IMG/VR virus record: IMGVR_UViG_3300012987_000001
Coordinates: 1-64,000 of that record
Origin: a virus
Strand: one strand, 5' to 3'
DNA: 64,000 nt
Part shown: piece after piece, positions 25,638 to 34,828 of the stretch
Layout of the letters: every line of letters starts with the position of its first letter
Position numbering within the stretch: position 1 is the stretch's first letter
The notes under the pieces: generated by a model
Database searches by the model: none
Told to the model about the DNA's origin: nothing
What the model saw: only the letters and a program-made list of their open reading frames with translations
Made by a program: the position numbers and the translations under genes

Positions 25638-26299
25638 TATTCGGCCTTGAGTTTGGTTGCGGCTACGGTCGGTCCGGGCCATGACGAGAGCGCGCCGTTG
25701 AGTGCGCTCATTCCGCCGAGCCCGCCCGCTCCGGATTCGGTTCCCGCTGCAGTCGTGATTGCCGACTTGAGCTGCGCGAGCGCTTGATCGACTTTCTGTG
25801 CGAGCGCAACGAGCGTCGCAGCCGGTCCACCCACACGGAAAACGCCGCCGCCTGGGACGCCGAACACCGCCTCTCCGCTCGCGGGCGCGTCAGACAGCTT
25901 GGCCTTGTCCGGTGCCGCTCCCGGCAGCGCGAAGGGATAGGAGAGCGAACCGCGTCGCAGATCGCCTGGGTCGGATACCTCACCGGTCGCCCGCCACTGC
26001 GCGATCGATGCCTCGTTGAACACGAGCCACACGTGGTCGCCGGCTGCGAGCGGAAGGTGCAGGTAGTAGCCGCCGCCGCGGGGCCACGCCACGGGGACAT
26101 TGGGGATTACCGGCAGATCCTCATGAATCGTCTCGCCCTCGGCATCCGGGATCGTGCCGCGCAAACAAGGCACAACGTCCGCGACCTGCTTAGCCGCGTC
26201 GTAGCTCTTCACGCGCCCAGGCATGCACGTGTGGAGCTCGCCCAGGATCGCCTGGCGATGGTCGTCGAGGACCTCTGCGAGTGTGGGCTCGAGCGGCAT
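25637..26299 (-). CDS. Baseplate central spike protein (Gp138_N / gpV-like)
   Basis: Track ORF. The sequence HTCMPGRVKSYD...VVP...LPVIPNVPVAWPRGGG...AGDHVWLVFNEASI fits the recalled Gp138 N-terminal pattern. Confidence 0.7.
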   Translation of the reverse strand: MPLEPTLAEVLDDHRQAILGELHTCMPGRVKSYDAAKQVADVVPCLRGTIPDAEGETIHEDLPVIPNVPVAWPRGGGYYLHLPLAAGDHVWLVFNEASIAQWRATGEVSDPGDLRRGSLSYPFALPGAAPDKAKLSDAPASGEAVFGVPGGGVFRVGGPAATLVALAQKVDQALAQLKSAITTAAGTESGAGGLGGMSALNGALSSWPGPTVAATKLKAE

Positions 26300-27144
26300 C
26301 AGTACCTGCTTGCGTTGATCTCACAGAACCAGTCGTCGCCGTGGCGCTCACCGGTCCAGGAGCATTTCTCGACGCGGTACGTTCCCTTCACGAAACGCGA
26401 GTCTACGGTGACGAGTGATCCGCAATGGAGCCCCGCGATCATGAGTGTCTTCGCAGTGAGCACACCTTTCTGATCGACCGTCGGTGATTCGATGAGCCCC
26501 GTGTCCGCGCTGAGTCTGACTGCTGTGCCGGCCGCCGCCTTGTTCAGGTCGAGAAACTGTAGGGCGCTATCCTGGATCGATACCTCGAGCCCAGCTGAGC
26601 GCGCGAGCTCGGTAAGGTGTGTCGAGGCGGCGCCCGATATCACCACGCCGTGCGAGAAGATAGCTGCGCCAGCTATCTTGAGTTTGCTGACCGTCTTGGC
26701 AAGGTTGCCCTCGCTCACTCCGAGCGCCCGAGCGATAGCGCGGAAAGCCGTGTCGATTGCTGTCTGCGGGCCGTAGCTGACGTGGATGCGGCCGTTCTGC
26801 CAGCCGCGCTCGCCGTCGCCCGATGTGAGCTTGGTCAGGAAGTCGGGGCCCTCGCGCGTGGTCTCGACCGTGCGCAAGTCGCCGAGCCAGATCTGCGAGA
26901 CGGAGTCCTTGTACCCAGCTTCGATCTTACAGGGGATCCCCTTGGTCGCTTGCGCCACCTTGGGATTCATCTGCTGGAGTTGCTGCCGGTGCTCCTCGTT
27001 GAGGTTCCACACCGTGAGTTCGCATGTGTTCGGCTGCGGCTTCAGCGTCTTGACGACGGTGAATTGAGCATCGAGCGCATCGAATTGGATCGTATCGAGG
27101 GTGATCCGGCACTGTCGATCGAACAGGGTCTCGGGCGTCGGCAT
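26299..27144 (-). CDS. Baseplate hub / tail protein (gpD / Mu gp44 position)
   Basis: Track ORF (281 aa), called from its position between the tape-measure-proximal genes and the spike. Confidence 0.6.
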   Translation of the reverse strand: MPTPETLFDRQCRITLDTIQFDALDAQFTVVKTLKPQPNTCELTVWNLNEEHRQQLQQMNPKVAQATKGIPCKIEAGYKDSVSQIWLGDLRTVETTREGPDFLTKLTSGDGERGWQNGRIHVSYGPQTAIDTAFRAIARALGVSEGNLAKTVSKLKIAGAAIFSHGVVISGAASTHLTELARSAGLEVSIQDSALQFLDLNKAAAGTAVRLSADTGLIESPTVDQKGVLTAKTLMIAGLHCGSLVTVDSRFVKGTYRVEKCSWTGERHGDDWFCEINASRY

Positions 27145-27145
27145 T

Positions 27146-27481
27146 TCACAGGGTCCCCGCTTCGAAGTAGATCAGCTGCACACGCAATCCTTCGCCGAGC
27201 TCGTTCAGCCCAGGCGGGCTATCGTCGGTCGTGAGCGTGCTCGCCATCAGTTCGCCGGGTGGCACACGCGGGTCGAACCGGTAGGCTTGCAAGAGCGGCC
27301 AATTCGTCACGAGCTTCAGCCCGGTCAGGATTGGCACCTCTTCGGCGTCGGCAATCGACAGGTACCAGCGATCCTCGCGTTGGCTGTGCCGAAAGCTGAG
27401 CACGTAGTCCACGCCATCAAGCCGCGTTTTCTGCGTGTAGAACGGCACACCTGGTGTGGTGGGAACCAACAGCGTCGCCAT
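27146..27481 (-). CDS. Small baseplate/tail assembly protein (111 aa)
   Basis: Track ORF. The motif FYTQKTRLDGVDYVLSFRHSQREDRWYLSIAD resembles a recalled conserved phage tail family. Confidence 0.6.
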   Translation of the reverse strand: MATLLVPTTPGVPFYTQKTRLDGVDYVLSFRHSQREDRWYLSIADAEEVPILTGLKLVTNWPLLQAYRFDPRVPPGELMASTLTTDDSPPGLNELGEGLRVQLIYFEAGTL

Positions 27482-28299
27482 CAGAATGAGCCAATTGCGT
27501 TACCGAGCGCGTCGTACATCACGTGCGCGACCGACTCATGCTCAGCCGCTTTGTTCGCTGGCTTGGTGCCCTGCGAGCCCTTCTTCTGCGTCGTGTTGGC
27601 GCGCGTGCTATCCGCGGCCGGCTTCGGAGCCGCTACCGTCTGCGAGCTGGCAATCCGAATCTGCTTGAAGTCGATTTGGAACTTCGCCGAGAGCCCGTCT
27701 TCGGTCGCGCGCGGCTGGCTCACCCGCGTCACCATCATGTCGGTGTAGTCGCGGTAAGCGGTCTGGATCAGGTCGAGGCGCACATGCTGGGACTTGAGCA
27801 GCAATAGCTTGTCGTAAACATCTCGCGGTCGATTGCGCGTAGCGTCTTGCTGATACGCGCGCGCGGTGACGTTGTTGGTTTGGCCGCTCGTAGGTCCAAG
27901 CGATGTCGCTTTGGGCGCGCCGAAGATGGCTTTCTTGAGCGCGCCAATTCCGGCCTGCACCAGACCAGATTCGCTGAACTGAATGGGCGGCGTCGGGATA
28001 TCTAGCGTGAATGTCTTCGTGCTCGGCGCGCTGCGTATGTCGACCTTGAGATCGACGCCACGCAGCGAAACGTCCGCGTCTAGCTGCGGGTTCGGCGTTT
28101 CAGAAACAACCGCCTCGATGCTCAGCATCGCCGGGTCATCACGCGCGTGGTCCGCAACGTTCGAGCCATCTTCGACCGGGTGATCGGTGACGGTTACCGT
28201 GTCGTCCTTTGTCTCGCCCGTGACAGCATCGAACTGCAGCGAAAGCGACTCGCCGCTGTCCGGGTCGGTCCAAAGCAGGCTCGTCTTGCTCAGAGCCAT
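27481..28299 (-). CDS. Tail/baseplate protein after the tape measure (Dit-like / DNA-circulation position)
   Basis: Track ORF with 1-nt overlaps on both sides. The motif is TVTDHPVEDGSNVADH. Confidence 0.6.
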   Translation of the reverse strand: MALSKTSLLWTDPDSGESLSLQFDAVTGETKDDTVTVTDHPVEDGSNVADHARDDPAMLSIEAVVSETPNPQLDADVSLRGVDLKVDIRSAPSTKTFTLDIPTPPIQFSESGLVQAGIGALKKAIFGAPKATSLGPTSGQTNNVTARAYQQDATRNRPRDVYDKLLLLKSQHVRLDLIQTAYRDYTDMMVTRVSQPRATEDGLSAKFQIDFKQIRIASSQTVAAPKPAADSTRANTTQKKGSQGTKPANKAAEHESVAHVMYDALGNAIGSF

Positions 28300-30065
28300 C
28301 AGCCGCCTTTCTTCGAGACCGCCGCCTGCGTCGCAAGTAGATCGCTACCCTTCTGCACGCCTTGCTTGGCGCCTTCGCTGGCTGCCTTCTGTATCTCTTC
28401 GGGCGTGTCCACGTAGAAATTCTGCTTGATTTCGGTGCGCACCGATTGATTGATCTCAGGCGCTTTGTCGGACGAAATGACGGGAGCAGTCGCGACGCTT
28501 GGCGCCAGCAGGTACGAAGCGTCACTCAGGTTGCTGCTGAGCGCCTCGGCAGCCTTCCCAGCTTTCTGCTTGATGCCCGAGTTCGCTGCATCCGCAACCT
28601 GCTGCGAGTCGATCCCGGTGAGCGCGCCGATCGCTTTCAGGTACCAGGGCTGATCGTAGTCTTCGGCTGCGGCGCGCCTACCTGGGTTACCGCGCAGCGC
28701 CGCGTCCCCGCGCGCCGCATCATTTGCTACTGTGTCACTCGCACTGAACAGTAGCTTGCCAATTGGATTGATGACCGCATTTTGCCCGACCCACTCGACC
28801 GCCCCGATAACCCACTTGAGCACCTTCGCCACCTTGTCGATGGCGACCGCGATGTCTCCGGCCGCGGCCACGATGGCGAGCATCGAATCAGCCATCTCGC
28901 CGAAGTCAGCTTTGAATTGCGGCTTCAGCGTGCCATTGATGTAGTCATTGAGCTGCTTCAGCTTCTCGTCGAGCGGCTTTCCATTCGTGAAGATCGAGAG
29001 CACCTCGCTGACGACAGGTCCGAAATCTTCGCTGAGTGCTTTCGCAAACGCCTGCACCTTGGCCACGGCGTCTGGCCCGAAGAATTTGGTGATCAGGTCG
29101 CCCGTGACCGACTTGCCACCGGTGAGGAACGTCCACACGTCCTCGATCGCCAGGAAGCCGAGCACGAGCGGAGCCAACTCGAGCAGGAGCCCGCGCAGGC
29201 CCGACTTCAGGAAGCCGGCTTTCTGGGCGAGCGCGACCATCGCCGAGATGGCCTTGGCTGCGCCTACCGCACCGAACACGAGCAGGCCAGCCTTAACAGC
29301 CTCCGAGTGGCGCTCGATCTCGATCAGCCACTTGATTAGCTCGACGCTCTTTTTGCTCATTTCGGTGAGCGTCGGGAGCAGTGGCTTGATCGCCTGAATG
29401 GCGAGTCCGCGGAATCCGCTAGTCAGGCGGTCTACGTTGTCGTTGACCTCCTGGGCGTCCGCGAGAAATGCATCGTCGAACGAGTTCCCTAGTTCATCAA
29501 CCTCGGCTCGGAGCTTCCGAACGCCATCCGCGCCCTCAAGTAGTAGCGGCGCTAGCCTATTGCCCGACTTGCCGAACAGCGCCATCGCCGCAGCGGTGCG
29601 CTTGGCCGGGTCCTCGACCTTGCCGAAGCCATCGGCAACAAGCTCGAGCGCCTCAGACGGCGACTTGTTCTTGACGTCTTGTGCCGTTACACCGAACAGC
29701 TTCAGCGCGTCGGCGGCAGGGCCTGCGCCCTTGGACGCCTCGGCCAGGTTTCGATTGAACTTGGTGAACGCCCCAGTGAACTCTTCCGCGCTCGATCCGG
29801 ATAGCTTGGCCGCCCACTGCCAGCCCTGCAGATCGGAAGTCGCCACGTTGAGCGACTGCGCTTGCTTGGCCAGGACGTCGGCGCTTTCGAGAACCTCTTT
29901 GGTGAAGTCGACGATCTTGTGGATGGCGAACGCGCCAACCAGCGCCTCGCCCATCTCGCCGAGCGTCTTCTTGAAAGACTCGACGCCGGCTTCGCCTTTC
30001 TTTAGGCCCGAGTCATCTACCTCGGTCCCAAAAATCGCCAATATTTCGCGGAGCGCGCCAGACAT
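28299..30065 (-). CDS. Tail tape measure protein
   Basis: Track ORF (588 aa), helical and Ala/Gly/Lys-rich. It lies immediately downstream of the frameshifted chaperone pair. Confidence 0.85.
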   Translation of the reverse strand: MSGALREILAIFGTEVDDSGLKKGEAGVESFKKTLGEMGEALVGAFAIHKIVDFTKEVLESADVLAKQAQSLNVATSDLQGWQWAAKLSGSSAEEFTGAFTKFNRNLAEASKGAGPAADALKLFGVTAQDVKNKSPSEALELVADGFGKVEDPAKRTAAAMALFGKSGNRLAPLLLEGADGVRKLRAEVDELGNSFDDAFLADAQEVNDNVDRLTSGFRGLAIQAIKPLLPTLTEMSKKSVELIKWLIEIERHSEAVKAGLLVFGAVGAAKAISAMVALAQKAGFLKSGLRGLLLELAPLVLGFLAIEDVWTFLTGGKSVTGDLITKFFGPDAVAKVQAFAKALSEDFGPVVSEVLSIFTNGKPLDEKLKQLNDYINGTLKPQFKADFGEMADSMLAIVAAAGDIAVAIDKVAKVLKWVIGAVEWVGQNAVINPIGKLLFSASDTVANDAARGDAALRGNPGRRAAAEDYDQPWYLKAIGALTGIDSQQVADAANSGIKQKAGKAAEALSSNLSDASYLLAPSVATAPVISSDKAPEINQSVRTEIKQNFYVDTPEEIQKAASEGAKQGVQKGSDLLATQAAVSKKGG

Positions 30066-30756
30066 CAGTTCTTTCTTTGTGCTTCAGCGCGGCGCTTGTT
30101 TTCGGCATGCACCTTTGTTGCCAGCTCATCCACTATGTCCAAACCCATATGAAACTTGGCTAGGTCCGGCAGGCTGTAGACGGTCTCAAGCTCGTGAAGC
30201 GTGCACTGCTGCCGCTCGTGCAAGATCGGTCTCCATATGTACCAATCGAGATCTTCTGGGATCTCGACCGTTACGCTGTCGGCTCCGGCTGGGCGGCGCT
30301 TGCCGCGCTGCCCAATTTGGCTAAAAAACCGTTCACCTTGAGGCACTGAAAGAGCCAGCCGATCATGTCGACGTACTTGCCAGCAAAGTGCTCATCGAAC
30401 AGGTCGGATAATTTCTGCGGCGTGGCTGGTTTCCCGGCCAACACCGTCGTCGATTGGCTGAACGTCTCGCACAGCTCCTCGAATAGGTCCTGCGGCAGGT
30501 CTTCGATCGTACGAATCAGGTAGGGTCCGACGATGGGCGCAACCGCGATAGCTAGCTTGTCGAACGTCTCTCCCTCGGGCAGCTCACCAATCAGCTTTTG
30601 CAGGTCTTTGAATACAGACCCTGAAACAGCATCACGCAGCAAGGGGCTCATCGCGGTCACGAACTTTTTGAAAAGCCCGCGTCCCGCGACAGCTCCGAGC
30701 TGCGTGATTGCGTATTGCGAGCCACCAATGGTGACTCGCTTCGTCTCTAGTGCCAT
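30065..30756 (-). CDS. Tail assembly chaperone frameshift product (gpGT analogue, -1 frameshift at 30328..30322)
   Basis: After T_TTT_TTA the -1 frame reads FFSQIGQRGKRR..., which is exactly the track ORF 30065..30346. Confidence 0.75.
30271..30756 (-). CDS. Tail assembly chaperone (gpG analogue)
   Basis: Track ORF between the tube and tape measure genes. It contains a slippery heptamer near its 3' end. Confidence 0.8.
   Translation of the reverse strand: MALETKRVTIGGSQYAITQLGAVAGRGLFKKFVTAMSPLLRDAVSGSVFKDLQKLIGELPEGETFDKLAIAVAPIVGPYLIRTIEDLPQDLFEELCETFSQSTTVLAGKPATPQKLSDLFDEHFAGKYVDMIGWLFQCLKVNGFLAKLGSAASAAQPEPTA
30322..30328 (-). other. Programmed -1 ribosomal frameshift slippery site T_TTT_TTA
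   Basis: The zero frame reads AAC GGT TTT TTA GCC (..NGFLA..). This is an X_XXY_YYZ heptamer. Coordinates were calibrated against both track ORFs. Confidence 0.75.
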
Positions 30757-30801
30757 CTAAACTCCCTCTCAATTCGTGGCAGGTGCTGGATCGGTCGCCG
30801 C

Positions 30802-31239
30802 TTAGTGCGATCCAGCAAAGGTGTCGGGGTCAGCCATTAGGAAGACCCACACCGTGACGCCGGCTTCCTTTGCCGCGCCCGTGTCGGGCATGCGAGTGAG
30901 CATTGCCGCGGGACTGAACTCCTTCGTGGTACCGAGTCCGTCCTTGGCGAACAGCGGCGCGGGCAGCCCGCCGGGTACCTTGCGACTCGCATTCAGGTAC
31001 GCGGAAAGGACCGCGTTGCCCTTCGACGTTTCGAGCAGGGTAAGCGTGCACTTCCGGATTCGCCCCGGGTTCACGCTGAACACGGCCTCGCCGTCGAGTC
31101 CGGACTTCGCCGTAACTTCGTCCTCCTGCTGCTCGAACTTGAGGAACTCGTCGGGACCCTTTCCGGTCGCGATGCTGAGTCCCGCGTAATTGAAAGACCA
31201 AGCGTCTGCGGAGTAGGTGGTAACTGCGCTGCCAGACAT
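30802..31239 (-). CDS. Tail tube protein (DUF3277-like)
   Basis: Track ORF (145 aa) directly after the sheath gene. The pattern is recalled for DUF3277. Confidence 0.75.
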   Translation of the reverse strand: MSGSAVTTYSADAWSFNYAGLSIATGKGPDEFLKFEQQEDEVTAKSGLDGEAVFSVNPGRIRKCTLTLLETSKGNAVLSAYLNASRKVPGGLPAPLFAKDGLGTTKEFSPAAMLTRMPDTGAAKEAGVTVWVFLMADPDTFAGSH

Positions 31240-31262
31240 CGTGTTTGCTCGCTTTCCTCAGA

Positions 31263-32588
31263 TCAGACCGACAGCGTTCCGCTGATGTTCACGCCGTGAA
31301 GCGCGCCCGATAGGCGACCAGTGAACTTAGCCGAGCGCATGATTCGATCCGCGCGGTCGGCGACCGCTTGCTCGCTGGGCGGCAGGATCGTGACGACCGG
31401 ATCGACATCCGTTGTCAGTCCGTTGTTTGGCTCGCGCTGCCCACGCTTCAGCGTGTCGAGCATCGCGCCTTCGACCAAAGAGAACCCGCCGCGGTCGTAT
31501 GCGACCTTTGGGTTCTGATAGAGCACGGTGAACACCGCGAGTTGCATGGTAGCTCGGAGCCAGTCGACGAACCGGGTGACGTCGATGAATCGCTTGCTCG
31601 GCGTGCGACCTTCGAAGGTGATATTGAGTCCGCCTTGCGGCATGTAGCGCGAGAGGCGCTTGGTCTTGATGCCAGCCTTTTGACCGGCGCTGAGCTTGTC
31701 TGCCGAGATACCGGCGAGCGTCTTGAATGCTGCTGTGGCGTTGCCCGGCTCGAAGCTCAGGATCGAGGATAGCCAAGCGGCATCGATCCACTCAGTGCCA
31801 GCGACGTAGCCGTGCCACATGACGGCCGTGCGGGTGTACGCGAGCGTGACCAGCTCGGTTCCGACATCGCCCGACGTGACGCTGGCATCGGCGGCGTTCC
31901 AGTCGGCTGTCTTGCCGATGAAAATCTTGCCGTTCGCTTCCGCGTAGGCGCCGGCCGCCTTCACGTACACGCGCGACTGCGGCGCAATCGCCATGGCGTA
32001 CCAGGCGTTGTCTTCGGCTGCGATTGCTGCGAGTTCTGCTGCGAGACCAGCATCCGCTGTCACGTCGAGAAGGTTGATTCCCTTGCCCGGAACGAAGGAG
32101 ATCAGCTTGCCGGGCGTGCCCGCTGTGCAGACGATCTTGGTGCCCGAGGCGCCGGTTGCCGTGGTGCCTGCAGTGAGTCCGTTGATGAGCGCCGCAATGG
32201 CCGTGCAGACGCTGGCGATCGTGGCCGAGCCAGGAACGGTGTACGTCCACGAAAGGCCACCGACCGAGCCGCCCTTGTAGACGAAACCCTGCGTGGCACT
32301 CGTCGGGACTAGCTCGATAACCTGCGTGTAGACATGTGTGAGCCGACCGATTTTCACGGTCTGCGGCGCGTTGGGCTGCGACTTGAACGCCTGCATCATC
32401 AGATACAGGTCGTCCGTCACCAGAAACCCGTCCGTCAGCATGTCTGCCGCGGTGTCGTAGTCGCGCACCAGGTCGTCGACCCAGGCTGTGTGGTAACCGC
32501 ACAGCAGAGCAGTGTCGAAACTGGGCGCGTCGGGAACCGTGTCCTGGACAACGATGTCCACGCCTACGATGTCGTCGATATCGGACAT
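31263..32588 (-). CDS. Contractile tail sheath protein (DUF3383-like)
   Basis: Track ORF (441 aa) upstream of the tube gene. The pattern is recalled for DUF3383. Confidence 0.75.
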   Translation of the reverse strand: MSDIDDIVGVDIVVQDTVPDAPSFDTALLCGYHTAWVDDLVRDYDTAADMLTDGFLVTDDLYLMMQAFKSQPNAPQTVKIGRLTHVYTQVIELVPTSATQGFVYKGGSVGGLSWTYTVPGSATIASVCTAIAALINGLTAGTTATGASGTKIVCTAGTPGKLISFVPGKGINLLDVTADAGLAAELAAIAAEDNAWYAMAIAPQSRVYVKAAGAYAEANGKIFIGKTADWNAADASVTSGDVGTELVTLAYTRTAVMWHGYVAGTEWIDAAWLSSILSFEPGNATAAFKTLAGISADKLSAGQKAGIKTKRLSRYMPQGGLNITFEGRTPSKRFIDVTRFVDWLRATMQLAVFTVLYQNPKVAYDRGGFSLVEGAMLDTLKRGQREPNNGLTTDVDPVVTILPPSEQAVADRADRIMRSAKFTGRLSGALHGVNISGTLSV

Positions 32589-32651
32589 GCTTCTCCGTTC
32601 GCGTCGGCGCGATGGCCAACGCTCTTGAATCGCTCAGGCGCGAATGGGCGC

Positions 32652-33278
32652 TCAGGGCGTAGTGACTGTTGTGGTGAAGTTCGGCGGCTGCGGCATCACC
32701 GCTCCGTCCGTGTCTTCGAGTAGGCTAGTGATTTCGACCTTGGCGAGGACGCCGGTCACGACTGGATCACGGTCGCTCGCGACCATTGTCAGCAACACGT
32801 CCATGTTCGCGCGCGAGAGCGTATGCGCGCGCGCCTTACTCGAGATGTCTCGGGCCGCGAGGATGTCGATCACACCCACGTTCAGGTCCAGCAATCGGTC
32901 AGTGACGCGCCCTCGCGACATCCGCGTGCGAATGCGCTCCAGGATCGACATGGGCCACTGGGCGTCGCTAGGCTGGCTCGACTCGCATTGCAGGTTGAGC
33001 GTCACCTTGCGCAGGCCGTAGATGGTCTCCTGTAGGTCCTGGCCGGCTTCCTCGTAGCGAATCTCGTCCCCGCTGCCGACGCCGACGATCGTGGTGATTC
33101 TCAGGGTGAGCGTGACGCCGTGGAGCAGGCCAGAATTTGTGGCGGCCTTACGCGGTCCGTCCTGCCACTCCGCCTTCCACTCGGGCGCCTGGATCCCGCG
33201 CGGGTTCTGCGCGAGCTCAGTGAACAGCTCGATCAGCCCGGGACGGATCTCACTCCAGCAAGGGCCGCTGTCGTTCAT
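32652..33278 (-). CDS. Neck / tail-completion protein (hypothetical)
   Basis: Track ORF (208 aa) between the head-completion genes and the sheath gene. Confidence 0.6.
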   Translation of the reverse strand: MNDSGPCWSEIRPGLIELFTELAQNPRGIQAPEWKAEWQDGPRKAATNSGLLHGVTLTLRITTIVGVGSGDEIRYEEAGQDLQETIYGLRKVTLNLQCESSQPSDAQWPMSILERIRTRMSRGRVTDRLLDLNVGVIDILAARDISSKARAHTLSRANMDVLLTMVASDRDPVVTGVLAKVEITSLLEDTDGAVMPQPPNFTTTVTTP

Positions 33279-33814
33279 TCGGAGCTTTCGCTACTGCCCG
33301 TCGTGACTTGGTGGGTGATGCTGGACAAGAGCTGCCCCTGATCGATCAGTGGCGTCGACGAGCCCTTGCGAGCGATCGTGCTCTCCGCGTTCTCGGGCTC
33401 GATGCCGGCGATCATGCGTTTCTGCACGTCACCGACGAAACGCAGACCGAGGCGCTCGAGCGCAACTTCCGTGCTTGGGAGCGTGCCCTTGATCACAGCC
33501 TTCTGCGATCGCCGGAGTAGCTCCTTGTGCTCGTCGGCGTTCTCGTCCGCCCAATCAGCGACGAAGCTGCGGCGGGGCGGATTGCCGTTCTCGCCACCGA
33601 ACTCATTGAAGATGGCGACGTCGAGCACGGTGGTCTCCCCGTCTTCCGACTGCGCGCCCTCGGCCTCGTGCACGCCTACGGACAGGCGCGCTGCGGCGGC
33701 CTTGCCAATGCGAGCTTTGAGCGCCTCGAATCCGCGATCGGTATCCTTGAAGCGGACGCCGCCCTTACCACCGGACCCCTTGATGAAGCGGCCGCTGGAG
33801 TCGCGCTGGGCCAC
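33275..33814 (-). CDS. Head-tail joining protein, HK97 gp10-like
   Basis: Track ORF 33275..33934. The GTG at 33814 overlaps the upstream TAG by 1 nt. The motif is FNEFGGENGNPPRRSF. Confidence 0.65.
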   Translation of the reverse strand: MAQRDSSGRFIKGSGGKGGVRFKDTDRGFEALKARIGKAAAARLSVGVHEAEGAQSEDGETTVLDVAIFNEFGGENGNPPRRSFVADWADENADEHKELLRRSQKAVIKGTLPSTEVALERLGLRFVGDVQKRMIAGIEPENAESTIARKGSSTPLIDQGQLLSSITHQVTTGSSESSE

Positions 33815-34092
33815 TACAGCACCATGAACTTCGGCGCACACTCCCGGCGAATGCGCTGGAACTTCGTCAGGAAGTCGCTGGTGCCCGCCTGATCCGACTC
33901 TCCGCGAAGCGGCATCCCAGCCGGACTCACCCACAGCTCGTGCGCCGTCAGCGCACCGTGAGCGGCATCGAGCCTCGCCCCGTAAACCGTGGCATCGAGC
34001 CCAAGCAGGGTTTCCGCTAGCTGTGCCTCAACGATATCCGGGTCCAGCGTGCTGAACTGCGAATAGAGGGTGAGGAAGGCGTCGCGGGTCAT
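33814..34092 (-). CDS. Head-tail connector (DUF4054-like)
   Basis: Track ORF (92 aa), called from the pattern F..LYSQFS.......AQL........A..ALTAHEL. Confidence 0.6.
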   Translation of the reverse strand: MTRDAFLTLYSQFSTLDPDIVEAQLAETLLGLDATVYGARLDAAHGALTAHELWVSPAGMPLRGESDQAGTSDFLTKFQRIRRECAPKFMVL

Positions 34093-34098
34093 GGCGGG

Positions 34099-34455
34099 TC
34101 AGTGCTGTTTGCCGTCGTCGATCGGAAGCTTCGGGGCCGTCCAGGAGTGAGCCTTGCCCTCGCCGTCGATCCGTTCGACCTTGATCACCTCGTCGGCGAT
34201 CAGTTTCGCGTAGACCTTGGCCACCTCTTCGGGCACGTCGCCCTCGAAGTGGTTGGCTCCCTCGACGAGCGACCAGGCGGCGTTGGGGCTGTCGATGCGC
34301 CGCTTGTCGGCGCTCGTCACCTTGATCAGCTTCAGCTTGGTCTTGGCGTCCTGGGCCTCCTTAGCGGCGGCCTCGGCGTCCGCTTTGGCTTTCGCCGCGG
34401 CGGGGTCTTCGGCTGCCACGGGCGGCGCTTCGCACTTGGTGGCCACGGTGGTCAC
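34099..34455 (-). CDS. Hypothetical head-module protein (118 aa, Ala/Lys-rich N-terminus)
   Basis: Track ORF with a GTGA overlap with the upstream stop. Confidence 0.6.
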   Translation of the reverse strand: MTTVATKCEAPPVAAEDPAAAKAKADAEAAAKEAQDAKTKLKLIKVTSADKRRIDSPNAAWSLVEGANHFEGDVPEEVAKVYAKLIADEVIKVERIDGEGKAHSWTAPKLPIDDGKQH

Positions 34456-34802
34456 CGTCGCTGCTCACCACGCTTGGCCTGTTCCGGATCCTTGGCGGGT
34501 TCCGGAGCGGACTGGGCGGGTTGCGACTGCGTGAGGCTTTCCAGCGTAGCCGCCGGTGGCTTCACGGAGGACTTGCGCGGGAAGTGCTTGTCGGCTGCGT
34601 CGGCGAGCGCGGTGCTCGGCTTGTAGCCCGAGATTGGGGCCGGGATTGGCGTCCCGGTTGCGTCGATCCCCGGCTTGCTCAAGTGCAACAGCTTGGCGTG
34701 CGCCGAGAGCGGGATCTTGTTCTCGTCGATCTCGTTCTCGCCAACAGCGAGCGCGAAGCCGAGGTGGGGCCACACGTACGGAAATGCGGATACGATCTTC
34801 AT
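34452..34802 (-). CDS. Hypothetical head-module protein (116 aa)
   Basis: Track ORF just downstream of the capsid gene. Confidence 0.6.
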   Translation of the reverse strand: MKIVSAFPYVWPHLGFALAVGENEIDENKIPLSAHAKLLHLSKPGIDATGTPIPAPISGYKPSTALADAADKHFPRKSSVKPPAATLESLTQSQPAQSAPEPAKDPEQAKRGEQRR

Positions 34803-34828
34803 GGTTCAGGTCCTCGCGGCGACTGGGC

